The notes: generated from the sequence alone by a model not told the origin. A DNA stretch of 28,625 bases from Candidatus Firestoneibacteriota bacterium (GCA_037141215.1 JBAXDA010000001.1:1-28625); one strand, 5' to 3'. Positions 9,751 to 19,066 are shown, counted from the first letter of the stretch. Made by a program: numbers and translations.

Positions 9751-10240
9751 ATATCCTTGTCGCCTTTTTTGAGTTTGGTTCAAAGAGGGAACCTGCAACC
9801 AAGAGAACAAAAATAATAATTCCCGTATACAGGGCGTTAGGCAGGACCCTGAGGAAGAAAGCGCCGCCAATATTAAAGCTGCCTGCGGTAAAATAGAGTA
9901 TAAGAAGAGAGGCAAGTCCGTCGGAGAGCGTAACTATAATACCTATGGCGGCTTTGGATATAAGATTATCGCTGAAAGTCTGTCTTTTTAAAAGACCTAT
10001 AAGGAAGCCGTCAAGAACCTTTACAATAAGCCCGGTTCCAAAAGCCGCTCCTGAAATAAGATCCTGAAAAAGTCCTGCCACTATGCCGGTTTTGATCCCG
10101 TTGCCGGGTCCTTCCTTGGAAATAATCAGCACAAGGCCGATAATAACGAAATTTGGCATGGCGTTCCCTACCGCCATAAAACCGGTAAAACTGGTCTGCA
10201 GAAGAAAACAGATAAACATCCAGAAAAATTTCTGAAACAT
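9740..10240 (-). CDS. mreD: Rod shape-determining protein MreD
   Basis: 166-aa hydrophobic protein with PNFVII and GLFQDL, located between mreC and mrdA; translationally coupled to mreC. Confidence 0.88.
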   Translation of the reverse strand: MFQKFFWMFICFLLQTSFTGFMAVGNAMPNFVIIGLVLIISKEGPGNGIKTGIVAGLFQDLISGAAFGTGLIVKVLDGFLIGLLKRQTFSDNLISKAAIGIIVTLSDGLASLLILYFTAGSFNIGGAFFLRVLPNALYTGIIIFVLLVAGSLFEPNSKKATRIYGV

Positions 10241-11055
10241 CAGTATTTCCCCACAACAAACACTTCTTCTAGCCTCAGGACATTAACTGAGGGCTTTACA
10301 GACACATCATAACTCATTCCGTCAGAAGTCGGAGAGACAGCCGTAACTTCTCCCACAAGTATCCCTTTGGGAAAGATCTTCCCGTCGCCGCTGGTAATAA
10401 TTTTGTCCCCCGCCTTCACATCGTCATTTATGGAGAGGTACTTCATCTCACAAAGATCCTGGCCTTTACCCCTTACGCTTCCGACACCTCTGCTGCGCTG
10501 TACCAGACAGCTGATACTGCTTCGTAAATCGCTGATGAGAAGGACCCCTGAGGTATCCTCCGTTACCGACATAATTTTTCCGACAAGACCGTCGGGAGAG
10601 ATTACCGGAAGATCCTTTTCTATCCCGTCTTTCGAGCCGAGATCAATCGTTATTACTCCAAAATAATTATTTGGATCGTAGCCGATGACCAGAGAGCCTT
10701 TTACGCGATAGGGGGTTTTCTTTTTAAAATTTAATGCGGAGCGGAGGCGCTCGTTCTCTTTTACGGCCTCGGTAAGTTCGTTATTCTGCTGTTTTAGGAG
10801 AGCAAGCTCGTTATTCAATTTAACATTGTCGGCCTTAAGACTGAAGAAGAAGATAACATTTTGCCAGGCGTGATTTGCCGTTCTGCCTGCTCTTGTTGTA
10901 AGTTTCTGCCAGGGGGAAAGCGCGTCAGCCGCAAAGGAACTCCCGGCAGACTGGCGGGTGCTGCTTCTGTTGACAAAAATAAACGCTCCTACAATGATAA
11001 GCAGCAAAAAAAGAAATGCGTAAATCCTGTATTTCCAAAATGTTTTCTGCCACAT
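10240..11055 (-). CDS. mreC: Rod shape-determining protein MreC
   Basis: N-terminal TM, coiled coil (ENERLRSAL), IDLGSKDGI, GLVGKI, GDKIITSG, FPKGILVG. Confidence 0.93.
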   Translation of the reverse strand: MWQKTFWKYRIYAFLFLLLIIVGAFIFVNRSSTRQSAGSSFAADALSPWQKLTTRAGRTANHAWQNVIFFFSLKADNVKLNNELALLKQQNNELTEAVKENERLRSALNFKKKTPYRVKGSLVIGYDPNNYFGVITIDLGSKDGIEKDLPVISPDGLVGKIMSVTEDTSGVLLISDLRSSISCLVQRSRGVGSVRGKGQDLCEMKYLSINDDVKAGDKIITSGDGKIFPKGILVGEVTAVSPTSDGMSYDVSVKPSVNVLRLEEVFVVGKY

Positions 11056-11094
11056 GCAAGCCCCGTTCCAACCTTTAAAGGTTATTTTTCGAGT

Positions 11095-11138
11095 CCCTTA
11101 CCCTTAAAGAATACAAGCTAAGGCTTAAGGGTTAAGGG
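11095..11138. repeat. Inverted repeat of TTAAGGG/CCCTTAA heptamer units between mreB and mreC
   Basis: CCCTTACCCTTAA (11095-11107) pairs with TTAAGGGTTAAGGG (11125-11138) with one bulge. Confidence 0.6.
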
Positions 11139-12182
11139 TTAGAAATATTCTTTTTCAAAAACAGAAACCTGCTCAAGCAGCCCGGAATCATCCTCAATAA
11201 GCTTTCCGACACCCTGAACAACACAGGTAACGGGGTCTTCGGAAAGATTCACCGGAACGCCGGTCTCATACCTCAGGCGTTCAGAGAAACCTTTGAGTAG
11301 AGAAGTTCCTCCCGCAAGAATAATTCCTTTATCCACTATATCAGCCGAAAGCTCCGGAGGAGTCCTCTCAAGCGTATCTTTTATCGCTTCAATTATTTGA
11401 GAAACAGGATCCTTGATGGCTTCCCGGATCTCTTCAGAGGATATTTCCAGGGTTCTGGGAAGTCCGGTAACAAGGTCTCTTCCTCTGACATTCATCTTAA
11501 GCTCTTCCTTCAAGGGGAAAGCCGAACCTATTTTCATCTTTATCTCTTCGGAGGTTCTTTCCCCGATAAGAACATTATAGGCGCTCTTCAGGTGCTGGGA
11601 GATAGCGTCGTTCAATTCATCCCCGCCTACCCTTACCGAAGTGTTACAGACAATACCTTTAAGGGAAATAACGGCAACCTCTGTGGTTCCGCCGCCGATA
11701 TCGGCTATCATATTCGCAGTGGGTGTTTCTATGGGAAGCCCTGCCCCTATAGCAGCTGCCATGGGCTCCTCAACAAGATAAACTTTCCTCGCTCCAGCCT
11801 GCTCGGCAGAGTCTCTAACAGCCCTCTTTTCAACCTCGGTGACGCCGGAAGGAATGCCGATAACTATTCTGGGTCTTACCGGTGTTCTCTTATTATGAAC
11901 TTTGTTGATAAAGTACTTGAGCATTTTTTCAGTTACTTCAAAATCAGCGATAACTCCGTCCTTCATAGGCCTTATTGCCGTAATATTAGTAGGAGTCCGG
12001 CCAAGCATAAATTTCGCCTCGCGTCCCACCGCCAGGATTTCGTTCGTGTCCCTCTTTAAAGCCACCAGAGAAGGTTCATTGAGCACAATGCCTTTCCCCT
12101 TAACATAAACGAGAGTAGTGGCCGTGCCCAGGTCAATGGCCATATCATTGGAAAAATATCCGAATATCCAGTCTAAAAACAT
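11139..12182 (-). CDS. mreB: Actin-like cell-shape protein MreB
   Basis: [44 protein letters not shown]; N-terminal amphipathic FLDWIFGYF; SD AGGAGG. Confidence 0.97.
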   Translation of the reverse strand: MFLDWIFGYFSNDMAIDLGTATTLVYVKGKGIVLNEPSLVALKRDTNEILAVGREAKFMLGRTPTNITAIRPMKDGVIADFEVTEKMLKYFINKVHNKRTPVRPRIVIGIPSGVTEVEKRAVRDSAEQAGARKVYLVEEPMAAAIGAGLPIETPTANMIADIGGGTTEVAVISLKGIVCNTSVRVGGDELNDAISQHLKSAYNVLIGERTSEEIKMKIGSAFPLKEELKMNVRGRDLVTGLPRTLEISSEEIREAIKDPVSQIIEAIKDTLERTPPELSADIVDKGIILAGGTSLLKGFSERLRYETGVPVNLSEDPVTCVVQGVGKLIEDDSGLLEQVSVFEKEYF

Positions 12183-12267
12183 TTATCCTCCTAAACCAAT
12201 TTCTCGCGCTATTAACGGAAAGAAACTCCGGCCTTAATATCCTGCATTTTGCAAGGTCCCGCCGGTA

Positions 12268-12888
12268 TTAAACGCTGAAGCCGGCCAAGACTTCCTTCTC
12301 CAGTCTTTCGGACTCTTTAAGCATTTTAGAAATTATTTCATTCTTTTCATTCTTATATTTTTCGTCTCTCAGACAGGAGAAATTTATTTTTACATTTACA
12401 TGAGCTCCTTTAAGCGCCGCCAGCGCAAAGATTGCGGCAACCGCTACATCGCTTAAAAGATATTTATTTCCCTTCTCCATCATCGGCTTGCAGAGCAACA
12501 GTGTTTTATTGCAGGCCTGCATTATTTTAAACGGCACTTCGGCCGCTTTTTTTGTGAGTTCTTCCTTCTTTTTTGTTTTTTCTTCCGCGGAAACTCCGGC
12601 TGTTTTCAGTTCTTTATTGGCCTTAGAGACCATTGAATACGCGTCAATATCTTCTTTTATCAGCGAGAGCAGCTCGTCGCGAAGAGCTTCGGACTTGAGC
12701 AGCAAGGTTTCCATCTCGCTTTCAACCGCCTTATACTTCTCGTTCCCTATGGTAAAATTGGCCGTCATGCAGTTCAGCGAGGAAGCAAGCGCCCCCACGA
12801 GCGCTGAGGCTGAACCGCCTCCAGGCGCAGGCAGTCTGGCGCTGAGGTTTTCAATAAACTTTATCAGCGGTTCATTTAAATAATTCAT
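12268..12888 (-). CDS. fchA: Methenyl-THF cyclohydrolase / formiminotransferase-cyclodeaminase C-terminal family (FchA-like)
   Basis: PAPGGGSASALVGAL, EDIDAY, AAEVP, LLSDVAVA, NVKIN. Likely start ATG 12888, overlapping the 3' end of the Fhs-like gene by 17 nt. Confidence 0.85.
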   Translation of the reverse strand: MNYLNEPLIKFIENLSARLPAPGGGSASALVGALASSLNCMTANFTIGNEKYKAVESEMETLLLKSEALRDELLSLIKEDIDAYSMVSKANKELKTAGVSAEEKTKKKEELTKKAAEVPFKIMQACNKTLLLCKPMMEKGNKYLLSDVAVAAIFALAALKGAHVNVKINFSCLRDEKYKNEKNEIISKMLKESERLEKEVLAGFSV

Positions 12889-14485
12889 TTCTGAGCCTTT
12901 CAATGGAGAATTTGCCTGTATATGAAGGCATTCTCTCGTAATCATTCGCTTCCACCTGGATAACCCCTGCCCCGGCAAGCAGTCTGACATCTCTTACCTG
13001 CAGCACCTGCGCGGAAGTTAAGCTCCTGCTGAAATAAGGAGACCTGGCAATGCAAACGGGCAAGTTATGAGCCGAACCATTGTGTTCTATATGCTCTATT
13101 TCTTTTTCGGCTTTTGCTGAGTAGACAACTTTTGCCATGCCGTAGATTTCCTTGATAATAATCTTGACTTTTTCTTTTACCGTGAGGTCGAGCTCGTAAA
13201 TGGGCTTGTAATAACTTTTTTGCGAGCGCATTATTTCCAGGACGTTTTTTACAAGTTCGATGCCGTGTTTTACGGTTGAATTCCTGGCAGGAGTGTAGCC
13301 CACCTTCACGCCAAGGTTTGAGCAATACTTGTCAATAAGTTTTATCTCGTCTTTTGTCACTTCCCTCTGCTCGCTGACATTAAGAAGCACAGGAACGCCG
13401 AATTTTTTTGCCGACTCTATGTTCCTGAGCAGAACCTGAATACCCTTTTCCAGTTCCGGCATGTTCTTTTCGAACATTTTTTCCCGCTCCGCCCCGCCGT
13501 AATAATTCAGTTCGTTGACGAAGGTATTTAACACTATCATATCCGGTTTAATGCCCGTATCCCGGAGGGTAATGTTCATAAATTTTTCAAGACTCAAGTC
13601 AACAGAGCACTCCAGCTTTACCACTACATACTCCGAAAGACTTAACGCCGTTTTTATGGCGCTGAGGTTCCCCGGGGGAAGAGCTGCCGCTGACGCCGAG
13701 ATATTCGTAAAAACCGGATCGCCCTGATTGGTCTGCATAAGATTGGGCTTGAGGTTGTCGGAGAGCATAGCCGCAAGAACATCTTCAAGTTTCAAGTCGC
13801 GTATGTGGAGCGGAGCGCCGTGCTTATTCTGTCCGACTGTTATCTTCTCGAGGCTGGACTTTAATTCTTCAAAGCTTAAGGAGAGCGCGGCAACGGCCGT
13901 TATTTCAGAATTGAGAATATGTTCAAACTTCTCCTCTTTCAGGAATCTGTTTGGTTTGTGGTTATTCATGCCTGTAAGAATGCCGGTCAGCGATTCATCG
14001 GCAAAGGCAGAAGCCCTGTTCCAGGAGATATTGAACTGCCCCGTTTCCGAGTTGCCGTCAAGCACGGAGATGTTTGAAAGATAGGCAGAAATCAGATTGT
14101 GCGCCTGCAGTATGTTGTTCAGTTCCTGGGAACGGAAAAGCACATCCTCAACGGGATATACATTCGGATTGAAATATTCGCGGATTATTGAATCAACGGT
14201 AAACCCGGGAAGACAGAGTGATGTTTTCTTCCTAAGAAGGCCAAAAGCTTCCACAAGTCCGTCGCATAAAGCGCAATTATTGCTGACCGCGCCCTTCACA
14301 TGCTGAGTCCCCGTTACTACGATAAGCTTTCCCTGCCCTGTCGTTTTAAGCTTTGAAAGAAGGGAAAACCCGAGTTTTGCGGAGTATTTACCGTTAACCT
14401 CCAGATCTTTTTTCCTAAGCCCGATTTTGGAGGCAACTTCAATAGCTGATTTCATTTTAATTTGCTTGTTTTTACCTTTTTTCAT
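12872..14485 (-). CDS. Formate-tetrahydrofolate ligase (Fhs)-like protein with degenerate catalytic motifs (probable pseudo-enzyme)
   Basis: Fhs scaffold is recognisable end to end: GKYSAK, GKLIVVT, AHNL, KPNLMQT, IKTALSLSEYVV, EKF, KKFGVP, YKPIYELDLTVKEKV, EIYG, LPVCIA, VRDVRLLAGAG. The P-loop and active-site motifs are absent. Start is 14485 or 14455. Confidence 0.85.
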   Translation of the reverse strand: MKKGKNKQIKMKSAIEVASKIGLRKKDLEVNGKYSAKLGFSLLSKLKTTGQGKLIVVTGTQHVKGAVSNNCALCDGLVEAFGLLRKKTSLCLPGFTVDSIIREYFNPNVYPVEDVLFRSQELNNILQAHNLISAYLSNISVLDGNSETGQFNISWNRASAFADESLTGILTGMNNHKPNRFLKEEKFEHILNSEITAVAALSLSFEELKSSLEKITVGQNKHGAPLHIRDLKLEDVLAAMLSDNLKPNLMQTNQGDPVFTNISASAAALPPGNLSAIKTALSLSEYVVVKLECSVDLSLEKFMNITLRDTGIKPDMIVLNTFVNELNYYGGAEREKMFEKNMPELEKGIQVLLRNIESAKKFGVPVLLNVSEQREVTKDEIKLIDKYCSNLGVKVGYTPARNSTVKHGIELVKNVLEIMRSQKSYYKPIYELDLTVKEKVKIIIKEIYGMAKVVYSAKAEKEIEHIEHNGSAHNLPVCIARSPYFSRSLTSAQVLQVRDVRLLAGAGVIQVEANDYERMPSYTGKFSIERLRNELFK

Positions 14486-14493
14486 AGGTGTTA

Positions 14494-14522
14494 AGTTTAG
14501 CATTATTACATGAAATAGTCAA
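14494..14522 (-). promoter_or_regulatory. Sigma70-type promoter for the Fhs-like-fchA-mre operon
   Basis: On the minus strand: TTGACT-N17-TAAACT with a TGn extended -10; ATG (14485) lies 8 nt after the -10 box. Confidence 0.65.
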
Positions 14523-14603
14523 TAAAATATGACTTTTTGAAGAAACCACTGTTTTATCAGAGATTTTACTAGGAAAAGGCGGGGATTTGGGGGTACGACC
14601 GTT

Positions 14604-14649
14604 AAACCCTGAATTTACTCCGTGAATTCTAGCTCACAATCCGGGGTTT
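14604..14649. repeat. Imperfect stem-loop downstream of nadA
   Basis: AAACCC...GGGTTT outer stem and GTGA...TCAC inner stem. Confidence 0.4.
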
Positions 14650-14673
14650 GGCAGATTGATCTCTGAGCCTGAG

Positions 14674-15585
14674 TTATTTCTTGCCCAGCATTCTATTTAT
14701 CGCTCTCAGTGCCTTAACTCTAACTCCCTCAGGTACTTTTATCTCATACTTCATTTCCTCGAGAGCCCAGAGAACCTTCTCCAGCGTATTTTTTTTCATG
14801 TTCGGGCAGACCGCAAGTTCTGAGGCAGGAATAAAGTTCTTTCCGGGAGCTTCCTTCTTTAGACGGTGAAGCATTCCCGCCTCGGTTGCAACTATAATGT
14901 CTTTAGCCTCAGTTTTTCCGGCAAACCTTACAAAGCCTTCTGTTGAACAGACAATATCAGCAAGCTCGCAGACCTCTTGAGTGCATTCGGGATGCGCCAT
15001 TACCTTACCCAAAGGGTATTCTTTCCTTCTTTTCAAAATATCCTGCGGCATTATTTTAGCGTGAGTGGGGCAGTAGCCCTCCCACAAGATAAGCTCTCTG
15101 CCTGTCATCCGCGCAGTGTAAGCTCCCAGATACTTATCCGGAATGAAAATTATTTTTTCTTCGGTTACAGAATTAACTATCTCCGCGGAATTAGCTGAAG
15201 TACAGCAGTAATCGCTTTCGGCCTTCACTTCAGCAGAACTGTTAACATAGGCAACAACCGCGGCCCCCGGATGCTTTTTCTTAAGTTCAAGAAGTTGCGC
15301 GGCGGTTATCATATCCGCCATAGGGCAGCCTGAGGTTATGTCCGGAAGAAGCACCTTCTTCTCCGGGCAGATAATGGAAGCGGTTTCCGCCATGAATTTG
15401 ACGCCGCAAAAAACAATAGTTTCTGCACCGGTTTTTGCCGCCTCAAGAGAGAGTCCCAAGGAATCGCCGGTCAGATCCGCGATATCCTGCAATTCCGGAA
15501 GCTGATAATTATGCACAAGGAGGACGGCTTTGCGTTCCTTTTTTATTTTCATGATGTCTGCAATCAATTTAGCGTTCTTTGACAT
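14674..15585 (-). CDS. nadA: Quinolinate synthase A
   Basis: VHNYQ, GDSL, VFCGVKFMAET, GCPMAD, YVNSSA, FIPDKYLG, GYCPTH, AHPEC, CPNMK. Start ATG 15585 with GGAG upstream. Confidence 0.95.
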   Translation of the reverse strand: MSKNAKLIADIMKIKKERKAVLLVHNYQLPELQDIADLTGDSLGLSLEAAKTGAETIVFCGVKFMAETASIICPEKKVLLPDITSGCPMADMITAAQLLELKKKHPGAAVVAYVNSSAEVKAESDYCCTSANSAEIVNSVTEEKIIFIPDKYLGAYTARMTGRELILWEGYCPTHAKIMPQDILKRRKEYPLGKVMAHPECTQEVCELADIVCSTEGFVRFAGKTEAKDIIVATEAGMLHRLKKEAPGKNFIPASELAVCPNMKKNTLEKVLWALEEMKYEIKVPEGVRVKALRAINRMLGKK

Positions 15586-15639
15586 AGCAACTCCGCGATC
15601 AGGGATTACCAATTGAGGTTAAGTGATTAGGCAATATTA

Positions 15640-16698
15640 CTATTCTATTATTCCCCCGCCAATTACTTCTTTGCCTTTATAGAACACTGTAGATTGTCCG
15701 GGGGTTATTGCCCACTGAGAGGTTTTAAATTTCAAAAGAGCGGTTCCGCCGTTTATTTTCATAGAAGCCGCGCTCTCCCGGCTGCGGGATCTTATCTTTG
15801 CCTTTATATTAAGCGTTTTTTCTTTTGGATGTCCCTTCACAAAACTCAATTGTTTTGCCGTAAGTGTGTCCGAAAAAGCGTTTTCTTTATCACCCGCGAT
15901 TATCCTGTTCCCTGCAGGGTCAATCTTCAACACATAAAGCGGCGTCTTTGCGGCGATACCAAGCCCGCGCCTCTGCCCCAGCGTGTAATTGATAGTTCCG
16001 TTATGCCTGCCTATTGTCGCGCCGGCTGTATTAACAATGTCTCCCTGCTTTTGCGATATCCCGAAATGTTCTTTCAAGAATCCCGCGTAGTCGTCATCCT
16101 CAACAAAACAAATCTCCTGACTCTCTTCCTTCTCCGCTACCGGCAGTTTATATTCTTTAGCAAGGGCTCTCACTTTTACCTTCGTAATACCGCCCAAAGG
16201 AAAGAGTATTCTGCCCAGGTCTTTTTCTTTAAGCATATAAAGCACATAGGACTGGTCTTTTGCCGGGTCAACCGCCTTAAGCAGGGAGAAACTCTTTTTT
16301 CTTCTTACGATCCGCGCATAATGCCCCGTAGCAAGATAGTCGCACTTCAATTCCTCGGCTTTCTTAAACAGATAACCGAACTTGATATACCGGTTGCATT
16401 CCACGCAGGGGTTTGGAGTTCTTCCGGCCAGATACTCCCCGGCAAACGGCGCAATAACTTTTTCCCTGAAAATCTTCTTTGCGTTGAGTACATAATGAGG
16501 GATGCCGAGAAGCTGCGCGACACGGCGCGCGTCTTCTATTGAACTTAAGGAACAGCAGCCGGAATTTGTCTCTCCTCGGGCCGCCCAGACTTTCAAAGTA
16601 ACTCCAATAACTTCAAAACCCTTTTCTTTAAGCAAAACGGCGGCTACAGAACTGTCTACGCCGCCGCTCATCGCAACCAGAACCCTCTTTTTTCTCAC
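15640..16698 (-). CDS. mnmA: tRNA-specific 2-thiouridylase
   Basis: [51 protein letters not shown] start overlaps the iscU stop. Confidence 0.96.
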   Translation of the reverse strand: MRKKRVLVAMSGGVDSSVAAVLLKEKGFEVIGVTLKVWAARGETNSGCCSLSSIEDARRVAQLLGIPHYVLNAKKIFREKVIAPFAGEYLAGRTPNPCVECNRYIKFGYLFKKAEELKCDYLATGHYARIVRRKKSFSLLKAVDPAKDQSYVLYMLKEKDLGRILFPLGGITKVKVRALAKEYKLPVAEKEESQEICFVEDDDYAGFLKEHFGISQKQGDIVNTAGATIGRHNGTINYTLGQRRGLGIAAKTPLYVLKIDPAGNRIIAGDKENAFSDTLTAKQLSFVKGHPKEKTLNIKAKIRSRSRESAASMKINGGTALLKFKTSQWAITPGQSTVFYKGKEVIGGGIIE

Positions 16699-17150
16699 TT
16701 CTTCTCTTCGTCGGGGCAGGAATCAACTCCGTCGTGCTCGTGCCCTTCATCCTTAAAATCAAGATCCAGGCCTTTCCCTGTGGTTTTTTTCAGATAATCG
16801 TCTATTGCCCTTTTAAGCGCCTGTTCCGCCAGCACCGAACAGTGCATTTTTATTTTTGGCAGGCCGCCAAGGGCTTCCGCCACGGTCTGATTGGTAAGCC
16901 TCAAGGCATCCTTCAGGGATTTGCCCTTGATAAGTTCCGTGGACATACTGGAAGTGGCTATGGCCGCTCCGCACCCAAAGGTCTTGAATTTGGCGTCGGT
17001 TATTATTCCGTCCTTCACTTTAATGTAGAGCTCCATAATATCGCCGCAGACCGGGTTGCCCACATGCCCCACGCCGTCAGGGTTCTCCATCTCGCCGACA
17101 TTCCTGGGATTTCTGAAGTGGTCCATAACTTTATTGCTATAGCTTTCCAT
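16695..17150 (-). CDS. iscU: Fe-S cluster scaffold IscU/NifU-N with an acidic His/Cys C-terminal tail
   Basis: [38 protein letters not shown]; SD GGGAGG. Confidence 0.92.
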   Translation of the reverse strand: MESYSNKVMDHFRNPRNVGEMENPDGVGHVGNPVCGDIMELYIKVKDGIITDAKFKTFGCGAAIATSSMSTELIKGKSLKDALRLTNQTVAEALGGLPKIKMHCSVLAEQALKRAIDDYLKKTTGKGLDLDFKDEGHEHDGVDSCPDEEKK

Positions 17151-17260
17151 TTTTCCTCCCGGAACTTATTGTACAGATTACAGGCCTCGCTTTAACTTGT
17201 CTCCTAAATGTGCTCCACAGTATTATGCGTATATTTTACAGCCTGGTGTTATGACTACTA

Positions 17261-18124
17261 TCATACAGACTGACCGAGATCCCGCTCAACAGCCTCCAGG
17301 TTTTTAATCCTTCGGCCAAGCGTAGGGTGAGTAGAAAGCAGGTTCACAAAAAAGCTTTCTTTAAAAGGGTTTACAATAAACAGACTGGAAGTCGCGGGAG
17401 CGCCTCCTTCTATAGGCGCTTCTTTCACCCAATTGTGGAGCTTTTCCAGCGCTGTTACCAGGCTTCTGGGCCTGTTCGTAACCCTAGCCGCCCCTTCGTC
17501 TGCAAGATATTCCCTGGTCCTGCTAACCGCAAGTTGTATGAGCGGAGCGGCAATGAGAGCGAAGATATAAAGTCCAAGGACTACAAAAAGATTTGGCCCG
17601 TCATCGTCATCGCTTTTCCCGAACCCGAAGAAAGCCGCTATCCTGGCGAATTCGGCAAGGAAGGTTATGGCGGTGGCAAGTGCCACAGCTATCATCATTA
17701 CAAGTGTATCCCTGTTCTTAACATGCGTGAGCTCATGCGCAATTACAGCTTCAACTTCGTGCTGTTTTAATGCGGTCAACAACTCCGGACTTACCGCCAC
17801 TGAGGCTTTCTCCGGGCTTCTGCCCGTGGCAAACGCGTTTGGCGCGCCCATGTTTATGACATAGAGCTTCGGCATAGGAATATCCATCTTCGTGGAAAGG
17901 TTGTTTACTATATGATAAAGCGCCGGCTGTTCTGCTGCTGTTACGGGTTTTGCTTTATAAATTGCCAGCACCAGTTTATCGGAGAACCAATAGCTGAAAA
18001 AATTCAAAAGAAAAGCGAGTCCCAGAGCGATAAAAAGGCCGGTTCTACCGCCGAGCAGGCCTCCGATAAAAATCAGCAGGGCGCACATTAAGACGAGTAG
18101 AAGCGCAGTCTTCACATAGTTCAT
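17261..18124 (-). CDS. htpX: Membrane zinc metalloprotease HtpX (M48)
   Basis: Two N-terminal TMs, PNAFATGR, AHELTH (HExxH), SRTREYLAD, STHP. Confidence 0.93.
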   Translation of the reverse strand: MNYVKTALLLVLMCALLIFIGGLLGGRTGLFIALGLAFLLNFFSYWFSDKLVLAIYKAKPVTAAEQPALYHIVNNLSTKMDIPMPKLYVINMGAPNAFATGRSPEKASVAVSPELLTALKQHEVEAVIAHELTHVKNRDTLVMMIAVALATAITFLAEFARIAAFFGFGKSDDDDGPNLFVVLGLYIFALIAAPLIQLAVSRTREYLADEGAARVTNRPRSLVTALEKLHNWVKEAPIEGGAPATSSLFIVNPFKESFFVNLLSTHPTLGRRIKNLEAVERDLGQSV

Positions 18125-19066
18125 TTACAGCCTCCCGGTAAACGATGAACTCAAAATATTTTTATGCCCCCGCACAAAGTCTTCGGCCGGCATCTGCTTC
18201 TTTCCTTCGGGTTGAAGCTCTTTAATGCAGAGCGAACCCGACCCAGCCGCGACAACAAGTCCTAAGCCCTTTTCAAAACCGATAATCTTCCCGGGTTCGG
18301 TCTTTTCAGCCGAAGAAAAGACACCGGTCTTAAGTATCTTTAGTATCTTCCCGTTAAAGCAGGTCATCGCCCCGGGCGCAGGAGAAAGCCCCCTGACAAA
18401 ATTGTGAAGTTCCGCCGCGCTCTTTCTCCAATCCATAATTGCGTCTTTATTTAATATCTTTGGGGCTTTTGTTGCGTCGGTGTCGTTCTGCTTGACCCTT
18501 CCGGCTCTGCCTGATTCAATGAGTGTTACAGCTTCCGCGAGCATTCCGGCTGAAAGCAAAGAGAGCCTCTCCGCCAGGGAACCCGCGTCATCCTCGGGGT
18601 GTATATTCTCTTCACTCTGAAGGATAACATCCCCGCTGTCCAATTTTAACTCAATGTATTGTACCGTGACGCCTGTCACGGTATCCCCGTTCATTAAGGC
18701 CCTATTTATCGGGGCTGCGCCGCGAAGCTTCGGCAGAAGGGAAAAATGCGAATTTATTGAACCCCTGGCAGGAGCCTTTATCAGCCTTTCCGGCATTATC
18801 TGCCCGAAAGAGACAACAACACAAAGATCGAATTTTTCTTTTTCTATTCTCTCCAGGAACCCCTCTTCGTTTACGGAAACCGGTTGTATTACCTCGAGTC
18901 CTTTTGAGAGCGCATACTCTTTAACGGGAGAAGAAGAAACTTTCAGTCCCCGGCCCTTCTTGCTGTCAATACGGGTTACCACCTTGACTTCATTTTTCCC
19001 TGATTCAACAAGAGCCTTGAGGGACGGGACTGCTATGCCGGGAGTACCCATAAACAATAACTTCAT
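18125..19066 (-). CDS. fmt: Methionyl-tRNA formyltransferase
   Basis: FMGTP, HFSLLPKLRGAAPI, TGVT, LDSGD, LQPEGKKQM. Confidence 0.96.
   Translation of the reverse strand: MKLLFMGTPGIAVPSLKALVESGKNEVKVVTRIDSKKGRGLKVSSSPVKEYALSKGLEVIQPVSVNEEGFLERIEKEKFDLCVVVSFGQIMPERLIKAPARGSINSHFSLLPKLRGAAPINRALMNGDTVTGVTVQYIELKLDSGDVILQSEENIHPEDDAGSLAERLSLLSAGMLAEAVTLIESGRAGRVKQNDTDATKAPKILNKDAIMDWRKSAAELHNFVRGLSPAPGAMTCFNGKILKILKTGVFSSAEKTEPGKIIGFEKGLGLVVAAGSGSLCIKELQPEGKKQMPAEDFVRGHKNILSSSFTGRL

Noticed and set aside
12872-14503. Calling the Fhs-like ORF either a pseudogene or a normal fhs
   Set aside because: It has no stops or frameshifts and has its own promoter, so pseudogene is unsupported; the catalytic motifs are absent, so the fhs symbol is withheld.
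15694-16542. 282-aa plus-strand ORF opposite mnmA, and similar long shadow ORFs (4744-5445, 9016-9660, 11397-12059, 19956-20597, 27019-27567)
   Set aside because: Each lies fully antisense to a well-supported gene, has no recognisable motif or SD, and is expected from codon bias.
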